Shown here: positions 38,809-49,200 of the stretch, in pieces
Numbering within the stretch: position 1 is the first letter of the stretch
How the letters are laid out: each line of letters opens with the position of its first letter
Assembly: GCA_047601445.1 (NCBI GenBank)
Contig: JASGJH010000001.1
Location: forward strand, 3,616,001-3,680,000
Origin: Myxococcales bacterium
GTDB taxonomy: Bacteria; Myxococcota_A; Polyangia; Polyangiales; DASUME01
DNA: 64,000 nt
Reading direction: 5' to 3'
Translations under genes and position numbers: made by a program
Notes under the pieces: generated by a model
The model's input: the letters and a program-made list of their open reading frames with translations, nothing else
Told to the model about the DNA's origin: nothing
Databases searched by the model: none

Positions 38809-40788
38809 CTAGCGGGTCACACAGAAGCCGAACTGGGTAGACGCCCCCGGTTGCAGCACCGCGTTGTGATCGACGCCACCGAAGGTCACCTTCCCCGTGC
38901 TCCCCGAGACCTTGCTCTCCCAGTTTTGGTTGAGGGTCCCACCCAGATCGAGCTGCACCGTCCAGGTCAACGCTGCGGCACTGCGGTTGATGACCTCGAA
39001 GGTGTGGCAGTAGCCGGCGCCCCAGTCGTTGTTCACGGTGAGGTTCAGCTCGAAGTCCTGCTCGGGAGCCGGCGTACCCGCGTCGGACGCGGGTGGAGCG
39101 TCAGGCTTCTCGCCCGGTTCATCGGGCCCGGCGTCGAGCGAGGGCTCCGCACCTTCTCCCTGCTCACGCTGCAACAACAGCTCGGGCGACGTGAGGACGC
39201 CGATCAAGGCCGAGAGGCTGCCGTCCGTGGCGGCGAAGGCGCGCTCGCTGCGCTCGGCGAGGCACACGGATCGCTCGTCCTCGCTCAAGCTGAGGGCGTA
39301 GCGCAAGAGGGAGCGTGCATAGCAACTCTGCACCTGGGCGCTCTGCGCGAGCGCGTCGATCATGGAGGGCAGATCGGCGTAGTCCCCCTGAACGTCGCTG
39401 CTCACCAGGATCTGGGCGCTGTCGTCGATGGCTTGTCCGTGATCGTCGGGTCGGTAGCGTCCGATTCCGTCGAAGTGCTCGAAGGCGAAGCCGATGGGAT
39501 CCATCAGCCGGTGACAGCTCGCGCAGGGCTCCTTCTCGGAATGGGCCGCATAGCGTTCGCGCGAGGTTTTCTTGGGGTCCAGGGCGGGCGGCTCGATCAC
39601 GATGCCTGCCGGCGGCGGCGGGAGGACCTCACACAGGAGACGTTCGCGCACCAAGCGGCCGCGCTGGACAGGCGAGGAGTCGTTGGAGCGTCCATGCGCG
39701 AGCATGGTACCGCCGAGGGTCAAGATGCCGCGTCGCTCCTGCTCGGAGAGCTCGCGGGGCGCGCCATCCATGGTGGAGGCGGCGTCGGGCAGCCCGTAAA
39801 ACATCGCCAGGGTGGGATCGAGGAAGGTGGTCTCGCTCGTCAGCAACGCCCGGACGGATCCCCCCTGCTCGAACAGCACGTGATCCACGAAGCGATCGAC
39901 CTCACGCGAAAGCGCGGTCCGCAGATCTTGGTTGAGCTCGGGAAAGCTGGCGTTGTCCTTGGGCACGGTGGCGATGGCGGCCAGGCCCAGCCAATCCTTC
40001 ACGAAGGCGCGCAGCACCGGGCGCGAGCGCGCATCGGTCAACATGCGGTCGACCGCGGACGTGATCTGCCCGGGCGTGTGCAACTTGCCGGTCCGTGCAG
40101 CCTCGCGCAACGTCGAGTCGGGCGAGGTCTGCCAGAGTAGATAGGAGAGCTCGCTCGCCACCTCGTAGTCGTCGAGCACGTAGAGTCCGCCGGCGTCGTC
40201 GAGCGCGCCGAGCTCGCTGCGATAGAGGAAGCGCGGCGACTGCAGCATGGCGGCGAGTACACGGTTGGCGCCTTCGGCAGGCGTCGGAGCAGCCTGGGCA
40301 AGCTTCAAATAGGGCGCCAGCGCGCTGTCGTCCACAGGGCGTCGGAAGAGCTCCGCGGCGAGCTTCTCGGTCAGCGTCTTCAGGCACGCTGCGTCTGGTG
40401 CAGACAAACAGGGCGCGAAGCGTGTGAGGTCGGCCTGGCTTGCGATGTCTTCGGCAGCGGCTTGCAGCTTGTCGGCCAGCAGCGGCGTCACCAGCAGTCG
40501 ATCGGCCGCGCGTCCGAAACCGTGCTCCACGGGATCGGCCGGAAACGTGGATCCGAAGTCGCCTTCGACCCCGAGCACATCGCGAACCGTGTTCTGATAC
40601 TCCACCGGCGTAAGTCGAACCAAGCGGCGTGCCGGGGCGTGCACTTCGTCGCAGAAGATGCTCTGGGCGCGTTGCCCCGGCAGTCGATCCAGTTCTCCGC
40701 CCAGGGCCGGGCCAGCAGGCGCGCCAGCATCGCACGCCGCGAGCGCGCACAGGAGTCCGAGGTCTCTCAACGAGGAGCGCATGTTCAT
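38809..40788 (-). CDS. DUF1592/DUF1588-family lipoprotein with CxxCH and C-terminal CBM2 domain
   Basis: LAAC lipobox; RLTPVEYQNTVRD, LQSPRFLYR, SELSYLLW..PD, SSPVQRG, CASCH..DPIGFAFEHFD; tail NDWGAGYCHTFEVIN..W..WES..NAVLQPGASTQFGFC. Confidence 0.87.
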   Translation of the reverse strand: MNMRSSLRDLGLLCALAACDAGAPAGPALGGELDRLPGQRAQSIFCDEVHAPARRLVRLTPVEYQNTVRDVLGVEGDFGSTFPADPVEHGFGRAADRLLVTPLLADKLQAAAEDIASQADLTRFAPCLSAPDAACLKTLTEKLAAELFRRPVDDSALAPYLKLAQAAPTPAEGANRVLAAMLQSPRFLYRSELGALDDAGGLYVLDDYEVASELSYLLWQTSPDSTLREAARTGKLHTPGQITSAVDRMLTDARSRPVLRAFVKDWLGLAAIATVPKDNASFPELNQDLRTALSREVDRFVDHVLFEQGGSVRALLTSETTFLDPTLAMFYGLPDAASTMDGAPRELSEQERRGILTLGGTMLAHGRSNDSSPVQRGRLVRERLLCEVLPPPPAGIVIEPPALDPKKTSRERYAAHSEKEPCASCHRLMDPIGFAFEHFDGIGRYRPDDHGQAIDDSAQILVSSDVQGDYADLPSMIDALAQSAQVQSCYARSLLRYALSLSEDERSVCLAERSERAFAATDGSLSALIGVLTSPELLLQREQGEGAEPSLDAGPDEPGEKPDAPPASDAGTPAPEQDFELNLTVNNDWGAGYCHTFEVINRSAAALTWTVQLDLGGTLNQNWESKVSGSTGKVTFGGVDHNAVLQPGASTQFGFCVTR

Positions 40789-42059
40789 CCCCCCAGCCCG
40801 GACAGTCCGCCACTGATGTCGCTCACGCCGAAGCTGTCGACATCGACTCCCATGCTCTGGCACAGCGACACCAGGAGCTTCTGATGCGGCGCACCGTTGA
40901 ATTGGAGATAGCGCCCGGTCTTGAAGTTCCCGTTGCCTCCGCCCGCGATGATGAAGGGCACCGACTTGAAGTCGTGCAACCGCGAGTCGCCCAACTCTTT
41001 GACCCAGACCACGGTGCTCGTGTCGAGCAAGCTGCCGCTGCCGTCGGCCTCCTGGGTGTTGGCGAGGCGCTCGAGGAAGGCGGCGAACTGGCTGGCGAAC
41101 CAGCGTTCGGCGCGCACGAACTCCTGCACCCCGGCGGTGTTGGAGTCGTCCATGTGAGAGAGCTCGTGGTGCCCCTGGTTGGCCTGCGCCCACGAGAGGA
41201 TGGCTGGCGAGACCGTGTGCGACCATTGCAGCGAGAGCACCGGACTCAGGTCACAGGCAGCCGCTGCCACTAGCAAGTCCATCTGCAGCTCACCGACATC
41301 GGGCAAGTGCTCGTTGCTCCGGCTATCGCTCAGGCTCGGCGCCGTCAGCGTGCCGCACGCACCCGCAGCCGGGCCCGACAGGCGCTTTTCCAGGCTCCGC
41401 AGCGCGTCGAGGTGGGCATCGAGCTTCACGCGCTCTTCGCCGCCGAGTTGCTTCTCGAGGGCCTTGAGCTCACCGCGCACCAAATCGATGACGCCCTTGC
41501 GGCCCATCGGATCCGTGTCGCCGCTCGCTCCCGAGGTGGGCGCCGCGCCGAATAGGCGCTTGTAGGCCTGCACCGGGTCGTCCTCCGGAGCCACGAATTG
41601 ATGACTCTGGTTGTACGACATGCGGGTCTGGATCGAGGCTCCCCAGGCGCTCGTCTGCACGCCGAGCTCGATCGACGAAAACGGGGCGTTGGCGCCGATC
41701 TTTTGCGCGATGAATTGGTCGACGCTGATGGCGCCCCCGCCCGTGAGCATGTGCTCCATGCCGCCTTCGTGGCTGCCACCCCGCACGCGCTCGAAGTTCA
41801 AGCCGTCCAGGATCAAGAGGTCCTGCTTGTGCTCCGCCAGGGGTTCGAGGATGGAGCCTGGCGCGAAGCTGAAATTGGTGTCAGCGCCGGTCGGACGATA
41901 GAAGCGGTGCACAGTACCGTTGGGACTGAACCAAACGATGATGCGGCGTGCCTTCTGCGCCGCCCGCACGCGGGGTGCGGGCGCGAGCAGCCGCAGGAAG
42001 GGAGCCGCCACCAGGGCCGCTCCTACACCACTCATCCATCGACGACGCGTTGCTTGCAT
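40785..42059 (-). CDS. DUF1552 family protein (Tat-like signal)
   Basis: TRRRWM, IIVWFSPNG, ISVDQFIA, KLDAHLDALRSLEKRL, HHELSH, LLDTS, PFIIAGG. Confidence 0.88.
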   Translation of the reverse strand: MQATRRRWMSGVGAALVAAPFLRLLAPAPRVRAAQKARRIIVWFSPNGTVHRFYRPTGADTNFSFAPGSILEPLAEHKQDLLILDGLNFERVRGGSHEGGMEHMLTGGGAISVDQFIAQKIGANAPFSSIELGVQTSAWGASIQTRMSYNQSHQFVAPEDDPVQAYKRLFGAAPTSGASGDTDPMGRKGVIDLVRGELKALEKQLGGEERVKLDAHLDALRSLEKRLSGPAAGACGTLTAPSLSDSRSNEHLPDVGELQMDLLVAAAACDLSPVLSLQWSHTVSPAILSWAQANQGHHELSHMDDSNTAGVQEFVRAERWFASQFAAFLERLANTQEADGSGSLLDTSTVVWVKELGDSRLHDFKSVPFIIAGGGNGNFKTGRYLQFNGAPHQKLLVSLCQSMGVDVDSFGVSDISGGLSGLGG

Positions 42060-42101
42060 GGCTGGGATCTCTCAGGAGTTCCAGTAAAGTGGCGCCCGGC
42101 G

Positions 42102-43214
42102 ATGAATCGGGGCTCGGGAAAATGCACGGCGGCACTTTGGCTGGCCCTGAGCCTTTGCCTGCTGGGGTCCGGCTACTGCGCTCGCCTGCCTGCCCACGCC
42201 CAGGCGCGCCTGCGCGTGCTTTTGCTGGCCCCGGAGGGCAGCGCGTTCGCGCAACGTGTGCGGGGACAGGCTGGCGACCTGCCCCTGGAACTGGTGCCGA
42301 GCGAGGCGCAAGTCTCGGACACGCTGGATCCGAGCTCGCTGCTGCGCGAACAATCCGCGGACGCCGCCCTGTGGCTCGACGAGCGCGGACCCGCGGTGCC
42401 CGAGGTGCATCTCGTGGATGCCCTGGGCAAGGCCACACAAACGCGGCGTGCGGAGCTGGCGGGCTCCCACACGGAAGATAGTTCGGCGCGCTCCGAGATC
42501 GCCGCCTTGCTGGCACGGGCTGAATTGCTCGAGCTGCTCGAGTCACGTCGCGCACCCGCGCAGGAACCGTCCAAGCTGCCAGCGTCCCCCGAAGGCGCAC
42601 CCGTCGCTAAACCGGGTTCGAGCCCACCCGAGTTCGCCAGTACGCAGGCCGACGCAGAGACCTCCAGCACGTCGCAGATCTCACCTGGTTGGCACGGGGG
42701 ATTCGTGGCCGGGCTACGCATCGGGCAGCTCGACGCGGCGCGCTGGTTGCTCTCGATCGAAGTGGGCCCCCAGCTGCGCTGGCGCGCGCTCGGGCTCGGC
42801 CTTTTCTATGCAGGGAGCTTCGAAGACCAGCGTGACCTCAGCAGCGTGCGCCTCGGACTACGCACGGATCGCCTGGCCCTGAATGTGAGCGGCGTGTTCG
42901 AGCTTTTGCCGACGCTGGAGTTCTCGGCTGGAGCGGACCTCGGGGTGCTGCTGACGAAGCGCACGACCGACGCGGTCATGGGAGAGCTCGAGCGTACCCC
43001 GGCCCACCGATCAGGCAGCTTCGTGGCGGCGCCGCGGCTGAGCCTGCGCTGGTCGCCGCGCTGGTATTTGAGCTTCGGGATCAGCCTGGGTGTGGACTTC
43101 CTTACAACCTCACCGACCTACGAGGTGGTGTCGGCGGCGGGCCGTACCGAGCTCGAACGGCTGCGCTGGGCCCAACCCTGGGTCAGTTTTTGGCTCCTGG
43201 GCATCCAGCGGTGA
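42102..43214 (+). CDS. Exported protein with probable C-terminal outer-membrane beta-barrel
   Basis: Signal peptide (AHA), Pro/Ser linker, amphipathic beta strands; co-oriented with the ECF gene. Confidence 0.65.
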   Translation: MNRGSGKCTAALWLALSLCLLGSGYCARLPAHAQARLRVLLLAPEGSAFAQRVRGQAGDLPLELVPSEAQVSDTLDPSSLLREQSADAALWLDERGPAVPEVHLVDALGKATQTRRAELAGSHTEDSSARSEIAALLARAELLELLESRRAPAQEPSKLPASPEGAPVAKPGSSPPEFASTQADAETSSTSQISPGWHGGFVAGLRIGQLDAARWLLSIEVGPQLRWRALGLGLFYAGSFEDQRDLSSVRLGLRTDRLALNVSGVFELLPTLEFSAGADLGVLLTKRTTDAVMGELERTPAHRSGSFVAAPRLSLRWSPRWYLSFGISLGVDFLTTSPTYEVVSAAGRTELERLRWAQPWVSFWLLGIQR

Positions 43215-43251
43215 CCCGATCTACTCGTGCCCGGCCACTTGGACTACGGTC

Positions 43252-43827
43252 ATGTCGCCGATGCCGGTCCGAACCGACGATTCTACCCCCAGTGCCCCGG
43301 ATCCGCGCGTCGCGCGGGCGGTGGCGGGCGATCGAGCGGCCCTCGAGCAACTCCTGATGGAGCACCTGCCCCGCATCCGCAACCTGGTGCGCTACCTGCT
43401 ACGCGGCGACAGCGAGATCGACGACGTGTCGCAGCAGGCCATGATCGAGATCATGCGCAGCCTGCCGGGCTACTCGGGAGAGGGCTCCTTCAAGGCCTGG
43501 CTGGATCGCATCACGGTGCGGGCCGCGTTCCATCACATCCGGCGGCGCAAGCTCGAGCGCAAGCACGGCGACATCGGACCGGAGCTCTTGCTGGTCACCG
43601 GCGAGGGCGAGGCGCCCGACAACTACAGCTTGCGACGCGAAGCCGTGCGCTGGCTGGACGATCTGCCAGACGAACAGCGCTACGCCGTGGTGCTGCATCA
43701 CATCCTCGGCTTCAGCGCCCCCGAGCTGGCCCAGGAGCTGAATCTCCCCCTGGAAACGGTGCGCAGCCGTCTGCGCCTCGGCATGGACAAGCTGCGGCAG
43801 CGCTTGCCCGGACAGGCCAAGTCATGA
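43252..43827 (+). CDS. ECF sigma-70 factor
   Basis: GDRAALEQL, DDVSQQ, FKAWLDRI, LPDEQRYAVVL, ETVRSRLRLG. Confidence 0.92.
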   Translation: MSPMPVRTDDSTPSAPDPRVARAVAGDRAALEQLLMEHLPRIRNLVRYLLRGDSEIDDVSQQAMIEIMRSLPGYSGEGSFKAWLDRITVRAAFHHIRRRKLERKHGDIGPELLLVTGEGEAPDNYSLRREAVRWLDDLPDEQRYAVVLHHILGFSAPELAQELNLPLETVRSRLRLGMDKLRQRLPGQAKS

Positions 43828-44672
43828 CGCACTCCGATCCCGAGCGCGACTTGGACGCCGAGCTCGAGCTGCGGCTGCGGCTCGATACCCAGGCGGGGCC
43901 CGCCCAGCGCATCAGCAAGGACCGCGCGCGCGAGTTGGTGCTCGCGGCGATGGCCAGTGCCGCGACCGCTTCTTCCGTGCCCGAGTCGGGCGCGGTGGAG
44001 AGCTCGCGTCCGAAGACCTCGGGCCGCTCGCAGGGGCGTACTCGCATGGCCATGGCAGCCGCCGCGCTGTTGGCTGCCTTCGTGTCGGGTGCAAGCGCGT
44101 CCCTTTGGATGTGGGGCCGCGAACGTCCGCGTGTCGATCCAGTCGCCCCGACTGCCGAGCCCGTGTCGCGTGTCCGTAAAGCGCCCGTGCCCAACCAACC
44201 GCCTCCGGAACCCGCGCAGGCCGAGCCCGTCGACGACGAGCCCTCTGACGTGCCCGAGAAGCCCACACGAACACGCAGACCCGAGGCCATGCCCGAGGAT
44301 TTGCTCGAGCGCGCCAACAGCCTGCGCGCCGAGGGCGCCTTCCCGGCAGCGCGCGATGCCTATTCGCAGGTGGTACGACGCTATCCGAGCAGCCTCTCGG
44401 CCTACGCAGCGCAAGTGGCGGCAGGGTCCCTCGAGCTCGAACATCTGGGCCAGCCCGAGCAGGCACGCCGGCTGTTCGAACGTGCGCTGGCGAGTCGCCC
44501 GAGCGGCGCGCTTTCCCTGGAGATCTATCAAGGGCTCGCGGCCAGCTACGCTGCGCTCGGGCGCCCGCAGGACGAGCGACGCATCCTGACGCGCCTGGTG
44601 GAGTCCTATCCACGAGCCCATGCGGCGACGCGCGCGCGCGCTCGACTCCAGGAACTCGCCCCCGCTCCCTGA
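43824..44672 (+). CDS. Single-pass anti-sigma-like protein with periplasmic TPR domain
   Basis: ATGA overlap with sigma; TM AAAALLAAFVSG; Pro linker; TPR-like LLERANSLR..YSQVVRRYP..LVESYP. Confidence 0.75.
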   Translation: MTHSDPERDLDAELELRLRLDTQAGPAQRISKDRARELVLAAMASAATASSVPESGAVESSRPKTSGRSQGRTRMAMAAAALLAAFVSGASASLWMWGRERPRVDPVAPTAEPVSRVRKAPVPNQPPPEPAQAEPVDDEPSDVPEKPTRTRRPEAMPEDLLERANSLRAEGAFPAARDAYSQVVRRYPSSLSAYAAQVAAGSLELEHLGQPEQARRLFERALASRPSGALSLEIYQGLAASYAALGRPQDERRILTRLVESYPRAHAATRARARLQELAPAP

Positions 44673-45721
44673 TGGCCCTGATGTCGCGCCCCATCACAGC
44701 TTGGTTGGGCTCGCTCGTCGCGCTCTCGGGCTGCGTTCAGTCGGACGTGGTGGCCCGCGAACGCATCAGCGCCGGATGCCTCGACGAGGACTGCAGCTGT
44801 CGCGCCACCCTTTGCCCCGACGCTCACGCCGCTCGCGACATGTTCTGCGCGAGCAGCGGCTTCGTGGGCCTGAGCGGCGACTCCTGTGAACCGAACCAGC
44901 TCACAGCCCGCGCGCACCGTTATGCGCTGTGCAGCTGCAGCGACTACACGGCCGGCGGTAGCCTGCACGTGGACGCCTTTCGCGGTTCGCCCACCGACAC
45001 GCTCACCAACGCAGGCGACGTGGGCGTGAATGGAGACTTCAACGCGGGTGCCGACGTGAGCATCGGCGGTGCCTTGCGGCTATCCGGCCAGGTCACGAGC
45101 GAGGCGAGTCAGCCACTCAGCACCGGTGCAGGTGTCGAGCAAAGCCCCACGCCTCCCTGCGACTGCGCCGATCCCGATCAGCTCGCCATGCCCGATCTCG
45201 TCTCCCAGGTTCGCGCCGACAACGACAACCAAAGCATCGGCCTGGCGGTCCGGCAGCTCGACGGCGTGTCGAACCCGGCACCGTTGACGTTGCCCTGCGG
45301 ACGCTACTTCCTATCGCGCATCGCCTCGCCCGATCCGGTTCGCATTCACGTAACGGGACGCGCCCTACTGGTGGTGGAGTCCAACATCGAACTCGATTCA
45401 TCGTTCGAAATCGAGGTGGACCCAGGGGCAAGCATCGAGCTCTTCATCGCTGGCACCATGCGCGTAAACGGCGAGCTGACGCTCGGTGATGTCGCGCGAG
45501 GCGAGAGCTCACTGCGCCTGCACCTTGCGGGCGAAGGAAGCTTGAACTTGCAGGGCAACGCCACCATCGCGGGCGTGCTCGATGCCCCGCGCGCGGAGTT
45601 GGTCACCGGGCAGGCGCTCACCGTGTACGGTGCGCTGCTGGTGCGACGGGCAGCGCCGGAGGCCAACCTGGTGGTGCACTACGATGCGGCGCTAGCGAGC
45701 GCGGGTGGGTGCGGGGAGTGA
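44672..45721 (+). CDS. Cys-rich lipoprotein with beta-solenoid-like C-terminal region
   Basis: LSGC lipobox; Cys-rich N-terminus; LTLPCGRYFL, GVLDAPRAEL, VYGALLV, VHYD. Confidence 0.7.
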   Translation: MALMSRPITAWLGSLVALSGCVQSDVVARERISAGCLDEDCSCRATLCPDAHAARDMFCASSGFVGLSGDSCEPNQLTARAHRYALCSCSDYTAGGSLHVDAFRGSPTDTLTNAGDVGVNGDFNAGADVSIGGALRLSGQVTSEASQPLSTGAGVEQSPTPPCDCADPDQLAMPDLVSQVRADNDNQSIGLAVRQLDGVSNPAPLTLPCGRYFLSRIASPDPVRIHVTGRALLVVESNIELDSSFEIEVDPGASIELFIAGTMRVNGELTLGDVARGESSLRLHLAGEGSLNLQGNATIAGVLDAPRAELVTGQALTVYGALLVRRAAPEANLVVHYDAALASAGGCGE

Positions 45722-46111
45722 GGTTTGGGCCGAGCTTGCACTGGTCCCAAAAGGACGGCGACCTCATGCGGTTGCAAGGAAAACCTTCTCCGCTGGCCAC
45801 GCCCCATGCGACGCTCTTTCCCAGGCCGTAGCCAACCGCCGACCCCCACCCAGTTCGCCCACGAAGTGCTTCTTACGGCCTGCCAGGACGCCTCGAGCTC
45901 CCGCCTTGCGGCATCAACTTTCATTGACCCCACGCTTTCTCCTACGGAACACAGCGCATGAAAGAGCGCTTCGGGAGTGCGGCAGAACCGTGCGGCCCGG
46001 TCGCTCAGCGCAGCATGGCCATCGACCTGACGAAGGTGGTGGCCATGCTGCAGGGCAAGCTCGGCAGTCCGGCTTCCCGGTGCTCTCTGCAAGCCCCGGC
46101 CCGCTACGCGC

Positions 46112-46918
46112 TCAACCCTGGTAATACACCGCGAAGAAGGCCCCCTGCGGGTCCATACACTGCGCGATCTTGCCGTTGCCAGGCACGTCCATGGGCCCGT
46201 TGAGGACCTTGCCGCCGGACTCCTTGACGATGGCCAGCGTCTTGTCGATGTCGGCCACGTCCACGTAGAACATCCAGTGCGCCGGGGCTTTCATCATGGT
46301 GGCCGCGTTGGACATGCCGCCCATGGACTTGTCGCCGCCATCGCGGTGCGTGAACATGAAGTAGGTGCCGAGTCCCTCCATGTCCATGGCGGTGGTGGGC
46401 TTCCAGTCGCAGAGCGCAGCGTAGAACTTCCAGGCGCCTTCCCAATCCGTGGTGTTCAGCTCGGCCCACGAGACATTACCCGGCGTACCCGGCGCGGGGC
46501 TCTCCATGGACGAGCCGGCCTTGGGCGTGAACAGCGCGAAGACTGCTCCCTGCGGATCGGCCAGCACCGAGAAGCGCCCCACCTCGGGGATGTCCATCGG
46601 CGGATGCAGCAGCTTGCCGCCCAGCTTCTCCGCCTGCTTGGTCGACGCGTCCACGTCCTTGCAACCGACGTAGCCGAGCCAGTGCGGCGGCGCCCCCGCG
46701 CTCGCTGCTTCCGGCGGCAACCGCATCAGTCCGCCAATCGGCGTGCTCTTCACGGTCCACATCGTGTAGGGCTGGCTGCTGCCCTCCCAGGCCTGCGTGC
46801 CCCATCCGAGCACCTTGCTGTAAAAGGCCTTGGCTCCGCCTTCGTCGGTGGTCATCAAGTCGTACCAGACGAATCGCGGCGCATTCGTGCCTGCACCAGC
46901 TGCCTTGTCGTTGCTCAT
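46112..46918 (-). CDS. VOC/glyoxalase-family protein (two domains)
   Basis: FVWYDLMTTD..FYSKVLGW; DPQGAVF; WAELNTTD; DPQGAFF. Confidence 0.92.
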   Translation of the reverse strand: MSNDKAAGAGTNAPRFVWYDLMTTDEGGAKAFYSKVLGWGTQAWEGSSQPYTMWTVKSTPIGGLMRLPPEAASAGAPPHWLGYVGCKDVDASTKQAEKLGGKLLHPPMDIPEVGRFSVLADPQGAVFALFTPKAGSSMESPAPGTPGNVSWAELNTTDWEGAWKFYAALCDWKPTTAMDMEGLGTYFMFTHRDGGDKSMGGMSNAATMMKAPAHWMFYVDVADIDKTLAIVKESGGKVLNGPMDVPGNGKIAQCMDPQGAFFAVYYQG

Positions 46919-49200
46919 GCTTGGCTCTTTCTGGGCTCTGGATGTCCCTGCTCGAGTTCCTCGGGAGCACGCTCATCCACTCCCAGCGAGTGCGCTTGCC
47001 ACCACCGTGACAGCCAGCGCGGTGCCCACCAGTTGTAGTGCCCCAAGAGCTGCATCGTAGCCGGGACCAGCAGGGCTCGCACGATGGTCGCGTCGATGAT
47101 GACGGCGATCGCCATGCCGACCCCAAGTTCCTTCACCAACAGCATGTCCGCGCTGATGAAACCCACCATGACCGCCACCAAGAGCAGCGCTGCGCGGGTA
47201 ATGATTTGTCCTGTCTGCTCGACGCCCTGGCTGACGCTGGACTTGGTGTCACGGGTGCGATCGTAGGCCTCACGGATGCGACTCAGCAGAAAGAGCTCGT
47301 AGTCCATGGCCAACCCGAACACCACGGCGAACATCACCACGGGAATGGTCAGCTCGATGTTGCCAGGCGAGCGGAAATCGAGCACGGACTCGAGTCTTCC
47401 CTCCTGGAAGATCCAGACCAGGGCGCCGAAGCTCGCCGTCAGCGACAGCACGTTCATGATGATGGCCTTGATGGGCATCACGACCGAGCCGAAGGCCAAG
47501 AAGAGCACCACGAACGTCGCCAGGCAGATGATGGCCAGGGCCCGCGGAAAGTGTCTCGCCAGCGTGGCCCGCAAGTCGGTCAGTCGCGCCGCCTGCCCGG
47601 CCACCATGGCCCGCATACCGGGTTGCTTGGCTTCACGAATTTGCCGCACTAACTCGGACGCTTGTTTGCTCTCCGGCGGCACGTCGGTGGCCACGCGCAC
47701 GGCGGCATCCTTGCCGCGCACGAGGGGCGTGAGGCGCGCGCGCAGCGTGGTGCCCATGGGACTGGCCAGCGCCACGCCGAGCTGCTCGGCCGTGCGACCC
47801 GCCGCCTTTCCCACCACCGCATCGACGCGTGTGACGTGGGGCAAGGCCTCGAGCTTCTGCACGTAGGCCTCGAGCGTGCGCAGGCCATCCTCGCTCAACA
47901 CCTCTCGGTCGGTGGTGACGAAGATCTCCATCGGGTTGCTGGCGCTGCTGGGGAAATCCTTGGACTGCATCAGCTCCGCGATCTGACGTGCCTCGGCCTC
48001 GGCGGGCAACACCGCAGCCCCGCTGACCGCGGCTTCGATGCGCAGGAACGGCAGGCCCAGCACGACCAACAACGCCGTCACGCCCAGGGTCACCGTCACG
48101 GGCGCGCGCATGACGGCGTCTGCGACGCGATGGAAATAGCCCCGCGAGTGGTGCCCGGCGCGCTTGCGCCCAAAGCTCAGCCAATCGATGCGCGGCCCGA
48201 GCAGCGCCAGCATCGTGGGTAGCAAGACCAGAGCGCCCAGCAGCGACATCAGCACCACCAGGCTTCCGGCCAGGCCAACGCTGCGCAAGAGCGGCAACGG
48301 AAAGACCAGGAGTGCGAGCAGGCTCACCGCCACTGCGCCGCCGGAGTAGCCCACCGTGCGGCCCGCCGTGCGCAGGGTATGCACCAGCGCCTTCTCGGTG
48401 GGAAAGCCCGCGTCGAGCTCGTCGCGAAAGCGACTGGCGATGAACAGCGAGTAGTCGATGGCCACGCCGAGCCCCACGAAGGTCACGATGTTCATGGCGA
48501 ACACGGAGACCTCCATGGCGTGCGTCAACAGCCGCACGCAGGCCAGGGCGAGCACCACGGAGAACGCGCCCACCACCAGCGGCAAGCTCGCCACCACCAC
48601 TCCTCGAAAGAACACCACCAACAGGATGGCCAGCAGCGGCAGCGTGATGAGCTCGGCGCGCACTAGATCGGTCTCGGCCGCGTGCTGCGCCTCGCGCGAC
48701 GCTGGGATGCTGCCGCCGACGATGGTGTTCAAGCCCTGGATGCGCAGCTGTGGCTCGACGAGCTTGTACGTGTCCTGAACCTTGCGCCCGGTGCCAGCCA
48801 GCCGGATCGTAGAGACCACTTTGCGGCCGTCCGCCGAAACGAGTGCGTCGGGGGCGGGACCATAAGGCGTGCCCACGCGCTGAACTCCGGGAATCTCTCG
48901 CATGCGCTCGAGCGCGGGTGCCAGGACTCGCTTGAATGCAGGATCATGGACCTCGAGCTTCTCTGGATGCGAGTAGGCCACCACGATGTCCGGCGTGCCC
49001 AGGCCGAAGCGTTCGTCGAGCTTCAGGTCGGCGCGCGCGGACTCGGCGTTGGGGTCGTCGAACCCGCTCGCCACGAGGTCGTGGGCTACGCCGCGCCCGT
49101 AAGCGAGCGCTGCGAGGAACAACACCAGGAAGGCCGCCAGGAGTGGACCTCGCGAGCGATGAGTGAAACGCGCGACCGGTTCGAGCAAGCTCATGTCCAT
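46915..49200 (-). CDS. MMPL-family (RND) transporter
   Basis: GLGVAIDYSLFIASRFRDEL, TAGRTV, FGLAMDYELFLLSRIRE, IDATIVRALLVPA. Confidence 0.93.
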   Translation of the reverse strand: MDMSLLEPVARFTHRSRGPLLAAFLVLFLAALAYGRGVAHDLVASGFDDPNAESARADLKLDERFGLGTPDIVVAYSHPEKLEVHDPAFKRVLAPALERMREIPGVQRVGTPYGPAPDALVSADGRKVVSTIRLAGTGRKVQDTYKLVEPQLRIQGLNTIVGGSIPASREAQHAAETDLVRAELITLPLLAILLVVFFRGVVVASLPLVVGAFSVVLALACVRLLTHAMEVSVFAMNIVTFVGLGVAIDYSLFIASRFRDELDAGFPTEKALVHTLRTAGRTVGYSGGAVAVSLLALLVFPLPLLRSVGLAGSLVVLMSLLGALVLLPTMLALLGPRIDWLSFGRKRAGHHSRGYFHRVADAVMRAPVTVTLGVTALLVVLGLPFLRIEAAVSGAAVLPAEAEARQIAELMQSKDFPSSASNPMEIFVTTDREVLSEDGLRTLEAYVQKLEALPHVTRVDAVVGKAAGRTAEQLGVALASPMGTTLRARLTPLVRGKDAAVRVATDVPPESKQASELVRQIREAKQPGMRAMVAGQAARLTDLRATLARHFPRALAIICLATFVVLFLAFGSVVMPIKAIIMNVLSLTASFGALVWIFQEGRLESVLDFRSPGNIELTIPVVMFAVVFGLAMDYELFLLSRIREAYDRTRDTKSSVSQGVEQTGQIITRAALLLVAVMVGFISADMLLVKELGVGMAIAVIIDATIVRALLVPATMQLLGHYNWWAPRWLSRWWQAHSLGVDERAPEELEQGHPEPRKSQA

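Noticed and set aside
45725..46110. Short ORFs (e.g. MAIDLTKVVAMLQGKLG) in a 390-bp gap
   Set aside because: No recognisable family and the ORF overlaps the convergent VOC gene; may be a gene remnant but is unsupported.
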